Source: Ylistrum balloti
Lineage: Eukaryota
Assembly (NCBI RefSeq): GCF_031769215.1
Contig: NW_026782003.1
Location: 1,488,001-1,552,000, forward strand
Reading direction: 5' to 3'
Length of the DNA: 64,000 nucleotides
Shown here in pieces: positions 14,701 through 28,429 of this stretch. How positions within the stretch are numbered: position 1 is the first letter of the stretch; every line of letters starts with the position of its first letter. The translations under genes and the position numbers were made by a program. The notes under the pieces were generated by a model. That model searched no databases, was not told the origin of the DNA, and saw nothing but the letters and a program-made list of their open reading frames with translations.

Positions 14701-17700
14701 TATTAAAGATATAAACAGTGTTAAATGTTATGTTACTACACAAATTAATTGACCATCCATACAAATTATATAGAAAATATTGAACAATTTTTGAATACAG
14801 AAAGTAAGGGAAGACAACTGCAAACATTACTGGGACCCAGACTCTGAGCCATGGACACAGAACTGCTTATGAAATAGGAAGCATCTTTTTTTTTTTTTTT
14901 TTTTTAATTTAGCACAAAATTATCATGGATCTGTTAGCAGTAAGAATTGGAATAAGTAAACAAAATTGGTTTGTTTGATAGCTGTTGAGCAATTACAGTT
15001 TATATTGCCAACATGGATAGGATGATAACATTACAGTTCATATAACTATTATCAACTTTTTTGCCCTCAAAGTAGGTAGCCGGCAATTATTAGAGTACAG
15101 ATGATTATTAAAACAAATATGGTATACTGAAAAAGAAAGGGAAATAACTCCTCCAAAAAATTTTGAATCGTTCACAAAGTTTTGAAGAGTTCAGTTGAAA
15201 ACTGTAAAAGAAGATCTCAAGACAAAATAAGATAAGCATTATGGAATAGCAAAGGACAGTGACACTTACAAATACAGTGGAATCAAACTTCCGTAATGTA
15301 CAACATAACTTCATTTAATGGTGATTTAACTTTACTGTGTTTGAATGAGATCAGTTGATAAACATTGGAGGGGGTCACTGGAAAAACAAGATTTTACAAA
15401 AGAAAACACCATACCATATACATCTTGTCTAAAACGTTAACTGGCATATAAAGATATAAACATTTTCTGGATTTTAGAAAAATGTTCATGCAAAATAATT
15501 CGATAGCAGAATTGTGCTGGTGACATAAGTTAATGTCAGACTTGGATTTACTCAACATCTAACTGTGAATAAATAACCAGATCTCATAAGTGTCTAATTT
15601 ATTTTGTGAAATGCATTGTTTCAGGTCTGACAGTAAATCACCTGCTTTTAGGCATCAACAACATCTTTGTCATCTCAACTTCCAAAGATTCATCACTTAT
15701 TCTGAATGATATGACCATGGGACAATCCACACAGATCTCCTACTTCAGCAAACAGGTCAACTCAGTCAGGTAAATGTCATCTCTCTCTGATCAACAAGGT
15801 CAGACCTTCATGTAATTGAAGTCAGTTATTAAAAATCATCTCAGCTCAATAAGGTAAGATAAAGTCAGCTAGCTGCCCTGAGTTAATAAAAATCAACTCT
15901 GTCAGGTAACTAAATCAGCTGTGTCTGGTAAATATAGATCAACATTGTCAGGTAACTAAGTCAGCTGTGTCTGGTAAATATAGATCAACTCTGTCAGGTA
16001 ACTAAGTCAGCTGTCTCTGGTAAATATAGATCAACTCTGCTTGGTAACTAAATGAGCTGTCTCTGGTAAATATAGATCAACATTGTCAGGTAACTAAATG
16101 AGCTGTCTCTGGTAAATATAGATCAACTCTGCTTGGTAACTAAATCAGCTGTCTCTGGTAAATATAGATCAACTCTGTCAGGTAACTAAGTCAGCTGTGT
16201 CTGGTAAATATAGATCAACATTGTCAGGTAACTAAAACAGCTGTCTCTGGTAAATATAGATCAACTCTGTCAGGTAACTAAAACAGCTGTCTCTGGTAAA
16301 TATAGATCAACTCTGTCAGGTAACTAAAACAGCTGTGTCTGGTAAATATAGATCAACTCTGTCAGGTAACTAAATCAGCTGTCTCAAGTTGATAAAGATC
16401 AATTCTCTCAGGTAATAAAGTCAGCAGTCTCTAGTAGGTTTGATAATTCCATGTATGTTTCAGGTATGTGTATAAGATAGCTACAAAAGTTACTGGTAAT
16501 CATCTGTCAGATGCATTCTTGATACATGTACCTACAGTCTGGTATGTCTTTGCTATGAAGTACTTGCTAAAAGATTATCTGGACTAAATTGTGTTTAGTT
16601 GTAGTGGCCTAACTTTTGTTGCGGCAGCCAATTGTAGCTTCCTTCAGGGACATCCTGTGTGGGACATTGACTACCATAGGAAACTACAGGCAAATCTTCG
16701 CTGTCGTCGAGATCTAGCAGGCCAGGAGTCAACCAACATTCTCTCTGTTGCTCTCCATCATAACAAGGTTCGATAATTTATTTTATTCAAAACCAAGCAT
16801 TGAACTTTCTTATATACATTTTTACAATTTCTATCCTCAAAAATATGTTCTCGTGTTCTTATTACAGCTATTGTTTATTGATTGTACATATCGTATTTTA
16901 GTAGTAATTGAATACATACTATGTTTGCATGTATGTGGGATGAAATTTGTTTACTTTTAATTTTTGATTCAAATAGATAAAGTTGATTTACATGTATCAT
17001 CTCTGTAATAAGGGGGAAAAACATTGTGGCAGGACACTGAATTTACAATGAAAACTTCTTAAATGTGTTCTGCAGGTGCTGGCAAGTGATGATATTGGTA
17101 ACTTATTTTTGTACAAAGGGACGGATCAGGTCAAAAACACCAAACAGGACCGACCCGTCACACTGGGTGTATTCGGAGCAGCTGTTAAAACAATTCTGTT
17201 CCGAGATGATAAAGCAGTATGCCTGACTGGTGAGATGATAGAGTTACACTTGTAACGATCAAGGCTCATGATTGTCTTTATGCTTAGACAAAAATATAGG
17301 ACTCCAATATTTTAAAAGTTATGGCCATAAAGGTGTTAAAGGAATACAAGTTTAAAGGAGAACTCAAAGTTATGTAATTAGGTGTGGGTGGGTGAGTGGA
17401 TGCCTGGAGCAGGCTGGCAGGAAGGGGAAGATTGGACATTCTGGATTGAAGCCAGTGTTAAGGTGTGAATCTATTGGGGAAATAGTACTACTTAGTATTT
17501 ACTTTTGAAGTTCAAAGTCAATCATGGGGGCTTACACCTGAGTATTTGAAAGAAATAGTTGAGATTCTGTCCCTTTAGGAATCATTTTGCTTAAATAGAT
17601 GAATACACTCAATCAAACCTGATGTGCCCATTATAACCTGAAAATCAAATAAATCCCTTACATAGTAATATACATGTATAAATTATACCCATATATGAAT

Positions 17701-20481
17701 GTGTTACTGTGATAAAATTTTGTGTTAAAATGACTGCCTTGCATAAAACGTGATTATATCTCTTAATTTGATGTTAAAATACATGTATGGAATGAAACAT
17801 GTAATTCTGAGCATGTGTCAAGTCATGTTTTGATGACTGACAATAAGTTTTCTAATGAAGGGAGGAAGAAAGTGGGTAGGGCACAATATATCAGCCAGAA
17901 GGGCATCAAACAAAGTTACAACAGTTGAAAATGGGTGATCATCTATGGTGTGTGGATCCCTGGGCATCCCAGTTTGTGTTTCTCAGGAGAACGCGTTCAG
18001 GTATTGGCCTGTACTGTTGTGGCTGCGTCCTCAGGAAATGTTTTACCCCAGATGGATAACATGTGACAGGTCTCCCACTTGTTGTTTGGTGAATCAGTTA
18101 CAAACAACCAGTGGGAGACCTTGCCTCAAAATGCCACAGACAGGGTGATAATCTCGGCAAACAAGTTGTCTAACCTATATAAATGTATTATTACGATTAT
18201 GTGTATTGCTGTAACAGATATGTGTTTATTGCAGATGATGGCATGCTTTGTGTTTCTCTGGATCTTAAAGAATTTAAGCAACACTGTGTATATGAAGCAC
18301 TTAATGCGGTTCCTGAGTGTATTGCATGGAGAGTCAACATTTTTGTAATCGGGGCCAAGACTGGTATGTATAAATAATTTATACATGTATAAATGGAAAA
18401 AATTATTATGCTGTAGTTTTGAGTATTCTTTTAACTATGAAAACAGTTTAGGATAAAATATAACCTTCCTATGCTGCCAACTTCAGTGCAATGAAATTTC
18501 GGCAGCACAAGTTTACAATTCATGTGAAATGTTGTGGGATCCATGTTTGTTTACTGAAAGTGGTGTTTGCTTATGATTATAACAACTATACACTTGATGT
18601 GCCATTTTCATTATATACATTTTAATGCATTAAATAGCAAATGATCAGCACACATTTTATGTTGATATAAACCACCTAAATTCCAGAAAATAATTACATT
18701 CAAACTCATGAATTAAAATCTCATCCAACTGTCAAGTTATATGGATTTTACAACCAGGAGAGTTAATAATGCCACTTGCCTGTTGTAAAAATGGAATGTT
18801 TTGATGCAATAATAATTGTTGCAATATGAAATCTGTTGTAAAGGTATTCTCTGGTCTGAATAATTACTTACAACACTCTCCAGGGAATTTCTTACTTTGG
18901 TATTCATCTGCTCATGTACATAAGCATTAAATCAAGGGAACTTAGAATAAAAATGGCATACAGAAGTGATAGTGAATGGTACTTGGGTATAAATTGATGA
19001 AACATGCATTCCAATGTAGTTGTTTACAAAGTGAATAAAACAGATCTTTGGAATCGGTCGGCAGTGAAGTTTATGACTATATCCAGGTAAATTTGGTGGT
19101 ATTGTAGTGTTATTGGGAGAACATAGGTTCTCAAAATATTTTGGCAAATGGCAGCATGGAAGTTGCAAATGCATCTAAAAGTAGGGAAATCTGTTCTGAT
19201 AGAAATTATGGTTATGTGAGTTTGGCATTTCAATAGATGGCAATACAACAAGGTTATACCTAATACTATATTTAATTTATAAACTGTGTTCTGCCCATTG
19301 TGAACATTTCTAATTTCCACTAGCACGGAGGTTGAATTTTCAAGCATAGAATTTCATGGTGGAAAAAAAATTAGGTCTCTGGTATTGTAATGACACCTTG
19401 CTGATATTTTATTTATGGTTTATCATATACACGTATAAATACTATATCTGTTGGTCATTTCTACTGATAATATTGGCTTGTTTAAATGATTCAATAATCT
19501 TCAACAAACTTCTGTAAAGCTGCATAAAAGGATCCAAATGTTGCAATGTACGAATCTTTAATTGTTCAGAGATCTCCTTTAATAGTCATAGTCTGGGGAC
19601 ATTCAGCTGTCTGATCACAAACCCCAGGTAGTTTGATGTTTATATCTTTGATTACATCTTTTTTGGTAGTTACTCTCTTGCATCATGAAAGCTTTGGATG
19701 GAAGAGGACTTGTCTGTTTTCAAACAAATGTATTGCAAGCTGATTATAACATGTATAGCTGTCAATTGATGGAAATGTAAACTTATTACATCCTTGGCCT
19801 GTTATCCAGTGAATTTGTCCATGTCATATTTTTGCATTTGAGCATTTTCTATTGGCTGCACAAGATTGTGCTGTCATAATATGGACAGTTATAACATATT
19901 GACATGAATTAATAATGGTGCAACAAAATAATTGAGTATGTTTGAATTTTTTTCACATTCTTACTTCAATACCTGCCGCAGTGTAACTTTTCTGTGTTAT
20001 GTGAGAAAAGCATCTTAAATTTGTTTTAATTTCATATGATATTTTGCTTGCTAAAGCAAAAATTTAAAACATAAGTCTTGTTTCATGAACCATCATGAAA
20101 TGAAAAGTCATTTTATCAAGATCCTATAAATGTAAAATTAGAGAATTATACAAGTAACTGCATCATTACTCAGCTATATCACTTACCACAATAATTTATA
20201 AAGTTTTTTAAGTGTAAAATTGTGATTTCAGTGTAACAAATTATTAAAAATTCAAGGTAAATTATGAGATATTTTATTTCAAATTGCCAGGTAAGGTTTT
20301 CTTGTATCTTGTGAAGGAAGACGCAGATTTATTCAACATTGACCTATCCGAACCTGTTGGGGTTTATGATACCGATTCAGAACATGTTAACTCTGTTGCT
20401 ATTGGAGATGATGGCAATGGACCAGTGTTGGCCATCTCTACAGAACATTCCTGGATCACTCTAGTGAGATGGACACGATGA
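11792..20481 (+). CDS. F-box / WD40-repeat protein, ~454 aa, 7 coding exons: 11792-12239, 14136-14264, 15625-15769, 16599-16767, 17076-17229, 18235-18363, 20291-20481
   Basis: F-box motif ILAKEIQVLILSKLDGLSLARAQKVCRLWYDIV. WD-like repeats (LFSGHEDGRVISWE, ISTSKDSSLILND, VLASDDIGNLFLY, VNSVAIGDD). GT-AG introns in phase, total 1365 nt. Confidence 0.85.
12390..12730. mobile_element. HINE-like repeat fragment in F-box intron 1
   Basis: aagatggc / gccatctt motifs and ggatggatcttcccaaatttt shared with 13440-13775 and 62080-62556. Confidence 0.4.
13440..13775 (+). mobile_element. HINE-like repeat fragment
   Basis: aaaatggctgac..gccatctt motifs and terminal hairpin agatccctgtgggatct (13755-13771), similar to the end of the 62080-62556 element. 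Confidence 0.45.
15892..16430 (+). repeat. 46-bp minisatellite (~11-12 copies) in F-box intron 3, unit atcaactctgtcaggtaactaaatcagctgtgtctggtaaatatag
   Basis: Period 46 (units at 15892, 15938 ...). The unit contains tcaactctgtcag|gtaact versus the real exon end tcaactcagtcag|gtaaat. Confidence 0.95.
17935..18145 (+). ncRNA. Candidate structured intronic RNA (H/ACA-like or pre-miRNA-like) in F-box intron 5
   Basis: 20-bp hairpin with one mismatch at 18069-18120, ANANNA box ATAACA at 18056-18061, basal stem tgtgaca/tgccaca, ACA at 18140-18142. No known family recognised. Confidence 0.3.
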
Positions 20482-20619
20482 TCTAATTGTTCTGGTGAGG
20501 TGGAAGATTAAAGTAACAAAATGATTGTCTAGACAGCATTAACTAAAAATTCTGAGAATGGACAGTGAAGTTATCATTCCAGTTGAATGAAGAAACTTAA
20601 AGAGGGGTGAGACCTTCAT

Positions 20620-21260
20620 GTGAGGTAGACACTTGTGTTACCATTCCAGTCAGATGGATGATTTTTTAAATTCTGAAGAGATGGATTGACATCTTTGTAA
20701 CCATTCTATTCAGATTGACCAATTTGAAGATTTTGGTGAGGTAGACACTTGTGTTACCATTGCGGTGAGATGGACATTGACACTTGTGTTACCGAATTCT
20801 GTGAGACTTGTGTTACCACAAAACTTTGAGATGGACAAACTTTCTAGACACTTGTGTTACCAGGTAGACACTTGTGTTACCATTGGACAAACTTTAGAAT
20901 TCTGTTAAGGTAGACACTTGTGTTACCATTCCGGTGAGATGGACAAACTTTTAGAATTCTGTTGTGGTAGACACTTGTGTTACCATTGCGGTGAGATGGA
21001 CAAACTTTTAGAATTCTGTTAAGGTAGACACTTGTGTTACCATTGCGGTGAGATGGACAAACTTTTAGAATTCTGTTAAGGTAGACACTTGTGTTACCAT
21101 TGCGGTGAGATGGACAAACTTTTAGAATTCTGTTGAGGTAGACACTTGTGTTACCATTGCGGTGAGATGGACAAACTTTAAGATTTGGTGAGTCTGAAGT
21201 TTACAGGTTCTGGTGAGATAGACTTTGAAGTTTACAGATTCTGGTGAGGTAGACACTGAT
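20620..21260 (+). repeat. 57-bp minisatellite downstream of the F-box stop (5 near-perfect copies at 20909-21190 plus decayed flanks)
   Basis: Period 57 (20909, 20966, 21023, 21080, 21137). The unit contains gtgagatggaca, identical to the last codons V-R-W-T. Confidence 0.95.
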
Positions 21261-24200
21261 GTTACATGGTCAACTGACTATTCTAGTCATTTGTGTTAAG
21301 TAAACATCACTTAAGGATCCACTTCAGGATTGTCAGATCAGTATATATACTCAAAATACAACTTTTGCAAAATACCCGAATATTTAAGCATAAAATAACT
21401 TGTATCTTGTCTCCTGTTGATGATTTTTAGTCTACATATATACTATTTTAAAAATTTTAGTATTTTTTAGAATATTTCACATGATTATGAAGCATTTACC
21501 TTACAGTTTTGATGAAAATTAACCTAATTTTAAAGATCTAGGCATGGTGAACTTGCCATTCTTAGCAGATAGGGAAAGTTATTGCTACGTGTACATGTTT
21601 ACCAGAGAAAAAAAAAATTATCGAGCAGAACAGCACCTTGAATGATTGTGCAATATATGTGATTCAAAGCATGGCAAACCTTGCAGAGTTGTGGGATCAT
21701 GGGTACATCACTTTTCGTTTGAGTCATATCATTCATGCAAGTGTGACCATATATGTTTTAAAGTTTGCTGTCTTGTGGGCATTTGGTGAACACTTTTCAA
21801 AGGTCCTATTGGTAATATATATTTTACTCTTAATAGGAAGTAATCGGTTTATTTGGTACATGAGCAAACCGATTGTGTACCTTTATAACTGCTTATGACA
21901 TGTAATTTGAGAAAGTGATGTAAGTTTTTAAATCAAAACATGTTTTGTAATGTAAGATTTAGCGGCAAGATTTTTTGTTGAATTTGTTTTTACAAATAGC
22001 AAAGAACTTTAAAAAGTAGCGCTTTAATATTTGCACTTTCACTGAGAATATGATGTTGATTGTTGAAAAGTTTGTATGTATTTGAGATCATTGTCAGTAC
22101 CATGTTTATCCTCAAGTACCCCTCCCCTAGTGTAAAAGATAATATTAAAGTTAGGGGAGAGCTTATTTGTGAAACACCTTTAGCTTACTATTTCAAAATT
22201 AATGACTCTGTAAAAATAGAGAGGGGGCTTACTTTTGGGTAGGGCATACTTGTGGATAAATATGGTCTGTTAAAATGTATTTTGATATAGGATGTTGTGT
22301 GAATTGTGATGACATTGTCACCCAGAAAATCAGTGCCATAGCAATGAGTGTATTTATTATGGAGGTGACTTTTAATTATTAAGTACATGTGAAAGTGCTA
22401 ACTTCTGTAACTGAAGGAGGTACAAATTTGAAGTGCTTTTGCCTCCATGAATATTATTTTTCACCTAATGGTAGGCATATGCGTACAATCATTAGAAGGC
22501 AATTTCAAGGAAGTACATATATGAATGACCATGTTCTACCTTCTAAGCTTCTTTTTTTTTCTTTTGTCTTTTTCAGTTGAACCTAATTCAAGTTCAGCTT
22601 ACAAAATCATTTTGGGTTAGATATTGATAGGTTTCAAAATTTGACCATGGTTTTTTGTAGGAAACTTTTTCCAGTTCCTCAGGTTACAGAAGTATGTTTG
22701 TACACACTTTCCTTTCAGTTTGAAATATGGTTTGGTACATTGAAAATGGAACCTGTTTATGCAAATTTTACAATGATATTGAATTTTACACGAACACTGA
22801 CAATGGTATTTAGGAGTTATTGCCCTTTGTTATTTTTCATACTTAATTTTTTTTTTCCGGAGTATTACACTAAAACTATAACAGGTATCATCATGAAAAT
22901 TCATAGGTAGATAGATCTTAACAAGGAGAAGTGCAGTGCAAAGGAACCATCACTTTCTTTTGCATAATTTAGGAGCTACAACCTGTCTTTAACGGCCCTT
23001 GTGTTTTATTTGTAAAACTTCATCACAGGGAACTTGCGTTTGGTATATAGCAAAAGCAAGTACTGGTATCAGTGAAAGTTGGTTGATATTAATATTATCT
23101 AGTTGCCAATACTGGAATTAAAAGATAAACTTTACATTTGAAGGTGATATTGTCAGTTACAATGATCACTGCTAATAATATATTGTTATGAGTATGCATC
23201 AGCAACATCATGATAGACATTACGATGGGAACACCCCAAACAGCATTTTTCTTTGTAATTTTCTATTTTTGAATTTATACATGGTGGTGGGTTTTCTTTT
23301 CATTAATCATATGCTGAAATATTTCATCAGTGCTTTGAGTTTTAATAGCAGACAAGTTCTCAAAAATTCTGAAGTGGAATGAGTGAGATTGATGTTTTGT
23401 TCAAATATGTTCTAATATGGCACCCCAGCATTTTACTTTATTGTTGCAATTATTGATTGCTACCAATACATTGGGTCATGGCAATAACACCTTTAGCTTC
23501 CTGAGGCACTATTGGTAAACATTAACTATAATTGCTGTTACTTCTGTTATATAATGCAGTTTGTTGTATTTAGTTCCACAGATTTAATATATATATACAG
23601 AATCCATTGTTCCATTCTTTTATAATAAAACAGGTAGGATCCTCTGTATCACACTGTAAAGATCAGTGTTCACCTTTTAATACACATTTACTGATGACAC
23701 ATTATTTAACAGCTTGGCATGAAAGAGGTATTCTTTCAAGAGCAAACTTGTTCTCAAACAAAAGACAATACCTGTTTAAGCACATCATACAACTTTATAT
23801 CTGAAATCAGTAATGCATTATATATTGATTAATAATGTGAAGCTGCATTTCATAGAAATACAGCAACCTGTAAGAAAATCTTCTTAGCCAGTACAAAAAG
23901 TTAAGAGAATTATCAATATCTAATATAACTGAAAAGTATAGATTTGCTACAGACAACAGACTATGTCAATCTTTGTTAATCTTGTGTTATATGAAAGTAA
24001 TTTATGTTGACAATAAATTGTTTTACTTATTTCATTGTCAGAGTTTTTTTTTTTATTGATAACAAAAACAAAAGGGAGTTTGTTAAAGAATAACCATCCA
24101 TAAGTTAAAATATATTGTACATAAAATATCCGAATTATAAGGTTCAACTGTAGAAGTGTATTACAAATTGAATTGTACAGGTTTATTTTGAAATGTTTTC

Positions 24201-24539
24201 TTTAAGTTCATAATATATGAATACACTTGTGAGTAGATTTTCATTCATCACTATCAATTAGAAAACTTGTGCAAGACATTTGTGTAATTACATTTTGTCA
24301 CCGACATTGGACAAATGACCTGTGATGCTGTGGGAAGTCTTGAAATGTGACAGGTAAGTGTTCATAGTTTTAAGGTAAAGAGTGTAAAGTGTCTGTTCAA
24401 TATTTTTCTCTTTTATAAAGATATCAAGTGCAGTTTTCAAACAGATTTATTATGCAAACAGTTCCAAATGTTCAGATTTTCTGTACATGTTTTTTGTATA
24501 TGTTTTCCTGAAACAAATTAAACTTGCATACTTGTACAG

Positions 24540-24935
24540 AGTCATTTACATAATCACCAGACAAGATTGAACAAATTGATGCTCACAATCGCAGACTTGT
24601 TCAGTGTCATTTACATAATCACGAGACATGTTTGATCAAATTGATGCTCAATAACCACACACTTGGTCAGGGTCATTTACATAATCATGAGACATGTTTG
24701 AACAAATTGATGCTCACAAACCGCACACTTGTTCAGGGTCATTTACGTAATCACGAGACATGTTTGAACAAATTGATGCTCAATAACCACACACTTGGTC
24801 AGGGTCATTTACATAATCACGAGACATGATTGCACAAATTGATGCTATGAAATGACAGACTTGTTCAGGGTCATTTATATCGATGCTCACAAATGTAAGA
24901 TGCTCACAAATGTAAGACGTGCACAGGGTCATGAT
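24540..24935. repeat. 66-bp tandem repeat (~4-5 copies, alternating variants) downstream of HSPA12 copy A
   Basis: Unit acatgtttgaacaaattgatgctc..cagggtcatttacataatcacgag. Gives a 22-aa periodicity in spurious ORF 24632-24829. Confidence 0.9.
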
Positions 24936-25417
24936 CATTAAGAGATATCTGTGATGTTTACACGAGACAGTATTGTACAAGGCCATTATAACAAGTTAAT
25001 TTTTTGTTCCAGGTCATGATGGAAAGAGACAGTCTAATAGAATGAGGCATTCTTATCAACAAACAACACCATTGTACAAGTCCATGGTCAAAAAGGAGTA
25101 TACATTGTATTATAAGGTAATGTTTACACGAGAAGTAATGTACCTGGCCATGATACCAGTTAAGAGCCGTTGTTTTACATCATGATCACAAAATCTTACT
25201 ATGTACTGTATTTTCTCAATCGATGAGTGAATAGATTGTTGTATCAATGAATGGCTGTATTGTACAGTCAGGTCATTTTAACCAGATGTAATGTTATGTA
25301 AGGCCAAGCGGTATTGTACAAAATCCTTTTTCTAATCCACACAAAGTCCATCCGTCCAAACACCAAATTCAAACAAGATAAACATTTGATCAACAACACC
25401 GTGACCATGCTTAGTTT

Positions 25418-28280
25418 TCACTGAAGGAAGTCGAATTTGTTCACGTACGACGATCCTTGGCATGTGTCTGAAACCTTCACTGTGAACTCTGTTCCTCCAA
25501 ACATTACGTCAACCTGGAGTAGCGCCTGTGGATTCCAACCCTGGGCAGGGCGTTTCACCGTGATTTTGCCGATTTTAAAGCAGGACGGTTCGTTAACGTA
25601 AGTCGGCAATTGGAAAGAGGCGTAAACTGTTATTTCTACCACATTCTGATTGGGTCCCGGACTGTAGAACTTTGTGACAATGCTGCCAACCTCCACTTCT
25701 TGTTCTGCCATGAAAAACGGATCAAAACATTTACAACAATACCACTGGTTATTGGTCGGACACCAGAATTTATTTTGAGGTGAATGTAGTTTTGGTTCAA
25801 ACACTTTATTTAATTCTATACCATAGGTGTACTTCATAACTCGGGATTTTATGACATGCGAATCAAATCCATACAATACGGCACCTTTGAGAACAGCAAG
25901 CCCGGGATCCTGCGGGCAGACGATGACCTTGTTTGGAAACATCTCTTCAAATTGTGCTTGTACAAGAGATGACTCGGAAAACCCACCAACCAACACTACC
26001 GTTGTGATATCGTCATTCATAACCTCTAGGACGTGACTCATTGTCCCTGACATTGCTTCACTGAAAAACTCCGTACACTTCTCGAGTCCTATGTGCATTT
26101 TGTTTTTTTTTATAGAAGCACTTTTTGAGAACTTTGTCATACTATCGGCTAGCTTGTTACCTGTCATTCTCTCATACAAGTCTTTCAATTTTACTGGAAT
26201 CTGAAGCACAAATTTTCTCCCTGATCCAGACTTAAACGTTCTTTTCTTCATCTCAAACTCACTAAACAAGTCGAGGTAATCTGTCATTGCATCCTGCATG
26301 AGTTTTTCCAGAATTTCGGCACCAAACACTTGCTGCAAGAACGTTAGGAAAGCCTTGTCCACTGTCGTACCGCCATACGCCCCTCCCGAGGCTCGTCGGA
26401 TCTCACGGATGCACTGATCTACTGTTATTTCGTGCACTGTCATATCAATGGTTCCACCTACAAATCCCAAAATATTACTTATGAGAAATTTCTGAAACTC
26501 TGCATCATGAATTTCGTTAACATATTTCGTTGTTATCTTCCAACGCTTACTTTACTGACCATCCTGCACTAAATGTCTAGTGGAATCACAAAAAATACTA
26601 ATCTTTAGTACTTCGTAATGGTGGAGTTTTGCTATCAAAACAAGAGAAAACAGCCTTGCTAATGGACGAAAGTTGTCAATTATACTTATATCCAACCTTA
26701 TTGTTTTTGTTACAGTAAATAACAGCAGATACGAAGTATACCAACCTCCCATGTCTACAACTAAAAACCTGGAGCCCTCCTCGAACAGTGCTTGACCAAT
26801 GCGTTTTTCGCGCACCAAAATAGTATGTTCCTTCATACAATACACTGAGGCAGCCTCCGGCTCCAACGCCAACTGGAGATGATCTGTGCATATACCAGCC
26901 TTCGAAGATAAAACATTACTGAGCAGAAAGCTTGATAAAGGTACGTTACCAACCACATACGTTTCTGCTAACTTCTGTTCCACATAAATGGTATACATAT
27001 GTAAAGGAAATGTTTGAAATAAGTACTTTGAGATCAAAATCTATCAGCAAACTTCAAGGAAATGAGATTCTTCGTCAATGTGTCATTAGATTAACCACAG
27101 TTTGCCGATGTTCCAGGATGGAACACTGTGTACCAAAGAAAGTGATGTATTTGCACTGGCAAGTTTGTGAAAGTAATTATCTCCCTTCGGACTGCAGGGG
27201 CTCATGTTCCTACAAGTCGTAGTTCCTGGATTTCCGTTCTGCTGCTTAGAAATCAAATTGTACCCGTAATTGTTGTATCACCGATCAGATTTTAATGTTT
27301 CTCATTTGATGAACACATAAAGAAACTTTCACTTTTTCTAAATTACTATTTCATGTACTTGTATAATATCATTTAGAATATTTGAAAAGAAGGTCGATTG
27401 ACTAGATTTTTTCCTTTTTGTTTTAAGAGACCCTTAGACCCATCCACTATACAACAGTATAAAACGATACTTACAGCTTGTGCTGCTTCCCTCATGAACT
27501 GTTTGGCGCCTTCGTCCCAGATCGCCGGGACGGTGATAACCCAGCCGATCATGTCCTCCCCCACGTCGCTTAGTACCTGTTTCTGGACCATGGTCATCAG
27601 GTGTTCCTTCAGGTATCGTATCGCCATGGAAAAGATGGTCATCGCCGGCATCACCTCGCCATTTATATCCTTTATCAAGGTGGATCGACCAAGTGTCTGA
27701 TTGGAAATAAGGTTAAAATACAGTTGATCGGATTTTACGATGATACTATTTTCTCAGCATAAGAAAGAAGTCATTGCTGGTTATGATTGATAACAAAATG
27801 ACTTTCTTAATTAGCAATACATTATCTTGACTCCATCCTCAAGATGAAATTAACTTTAAAAAGTATCCCGGTGTATCTCAGTGGTGAATATTGCTATACA
27901 TTATAGCATATGGTATATGTTAAAATACAGAACCTTTATCGTATTTATTCTTATAGTAAGGAAAGAAAGTAACTTGCCTTGTTATTATGTAAAAGCATTT
28001 TAAATTGTTTAAAGTACAACCAGCCCGTATGATTATTTTCCTCGGTCAGTTCAGAATACTTATTTTCGGCTTCATATCCAAAGGAGTGGAATTTTTTGTC
28101 TTGTGAGAGGAGCACTGAAGACGGGGTTTTTTGTGACATCAAATTTCCGCTGCCGATCCAGGAATTTGTGCTGATCTTCAAAGGTTCTCGTTCGTAGTCG
28201 TGTCTCATCTGAAAAGCGTACCCGGAATAGGTGGTACCAAAGTCCAGGGCGGCGACGATAAGAGGGGTAAACTCAGTCAT
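25418..28280 (-). CDS. HSPA12: Heat shock 70 kDa protein 12-like, copy A, ~572 aa; exons 27978-28280, 27475-27696, 26746-26899, 25418-26457
   Basis: HSPA12 motifs ALDFGTTYSGYAF, WVITVPAIW, ALEPEAAS, VDMGGGTID, LVGGFSES, AVLKGAVLYG. Phases consistent (1719 nt) if intron 1 is GC-AG (AAG|gcaagt). The first coding exon is preceded by an acceptor at 28284, so an upstream exon exists. Confidence 0.95.
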
Positions 28281-28429
28281 ATCCTAAAACAAGATAATCG
28301 TGCATGCGGTCATATTGCTGTCGAAGTTTCTTGCCGAAAACATGTTTAGTTTTGGTAGATACATTTACAGAGATATGTAAATTGTAAAATGCAAATTTCA
28401 GTAATTATATTCTGATGTATGTAAGACGT

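Noticed and set aside
17700-18145. Telomerase RNA (prompted by the H/ACA-like 3' end)
   Set aside because: No CTAACCCT-type template nearby on either strand.
20890-21190. CRISPR-like array (also considered for 34370-35750)
   Set aside because: There are no unique spacers and no cas genes, and the context is eukaryotic. These are plain tandem repeats.
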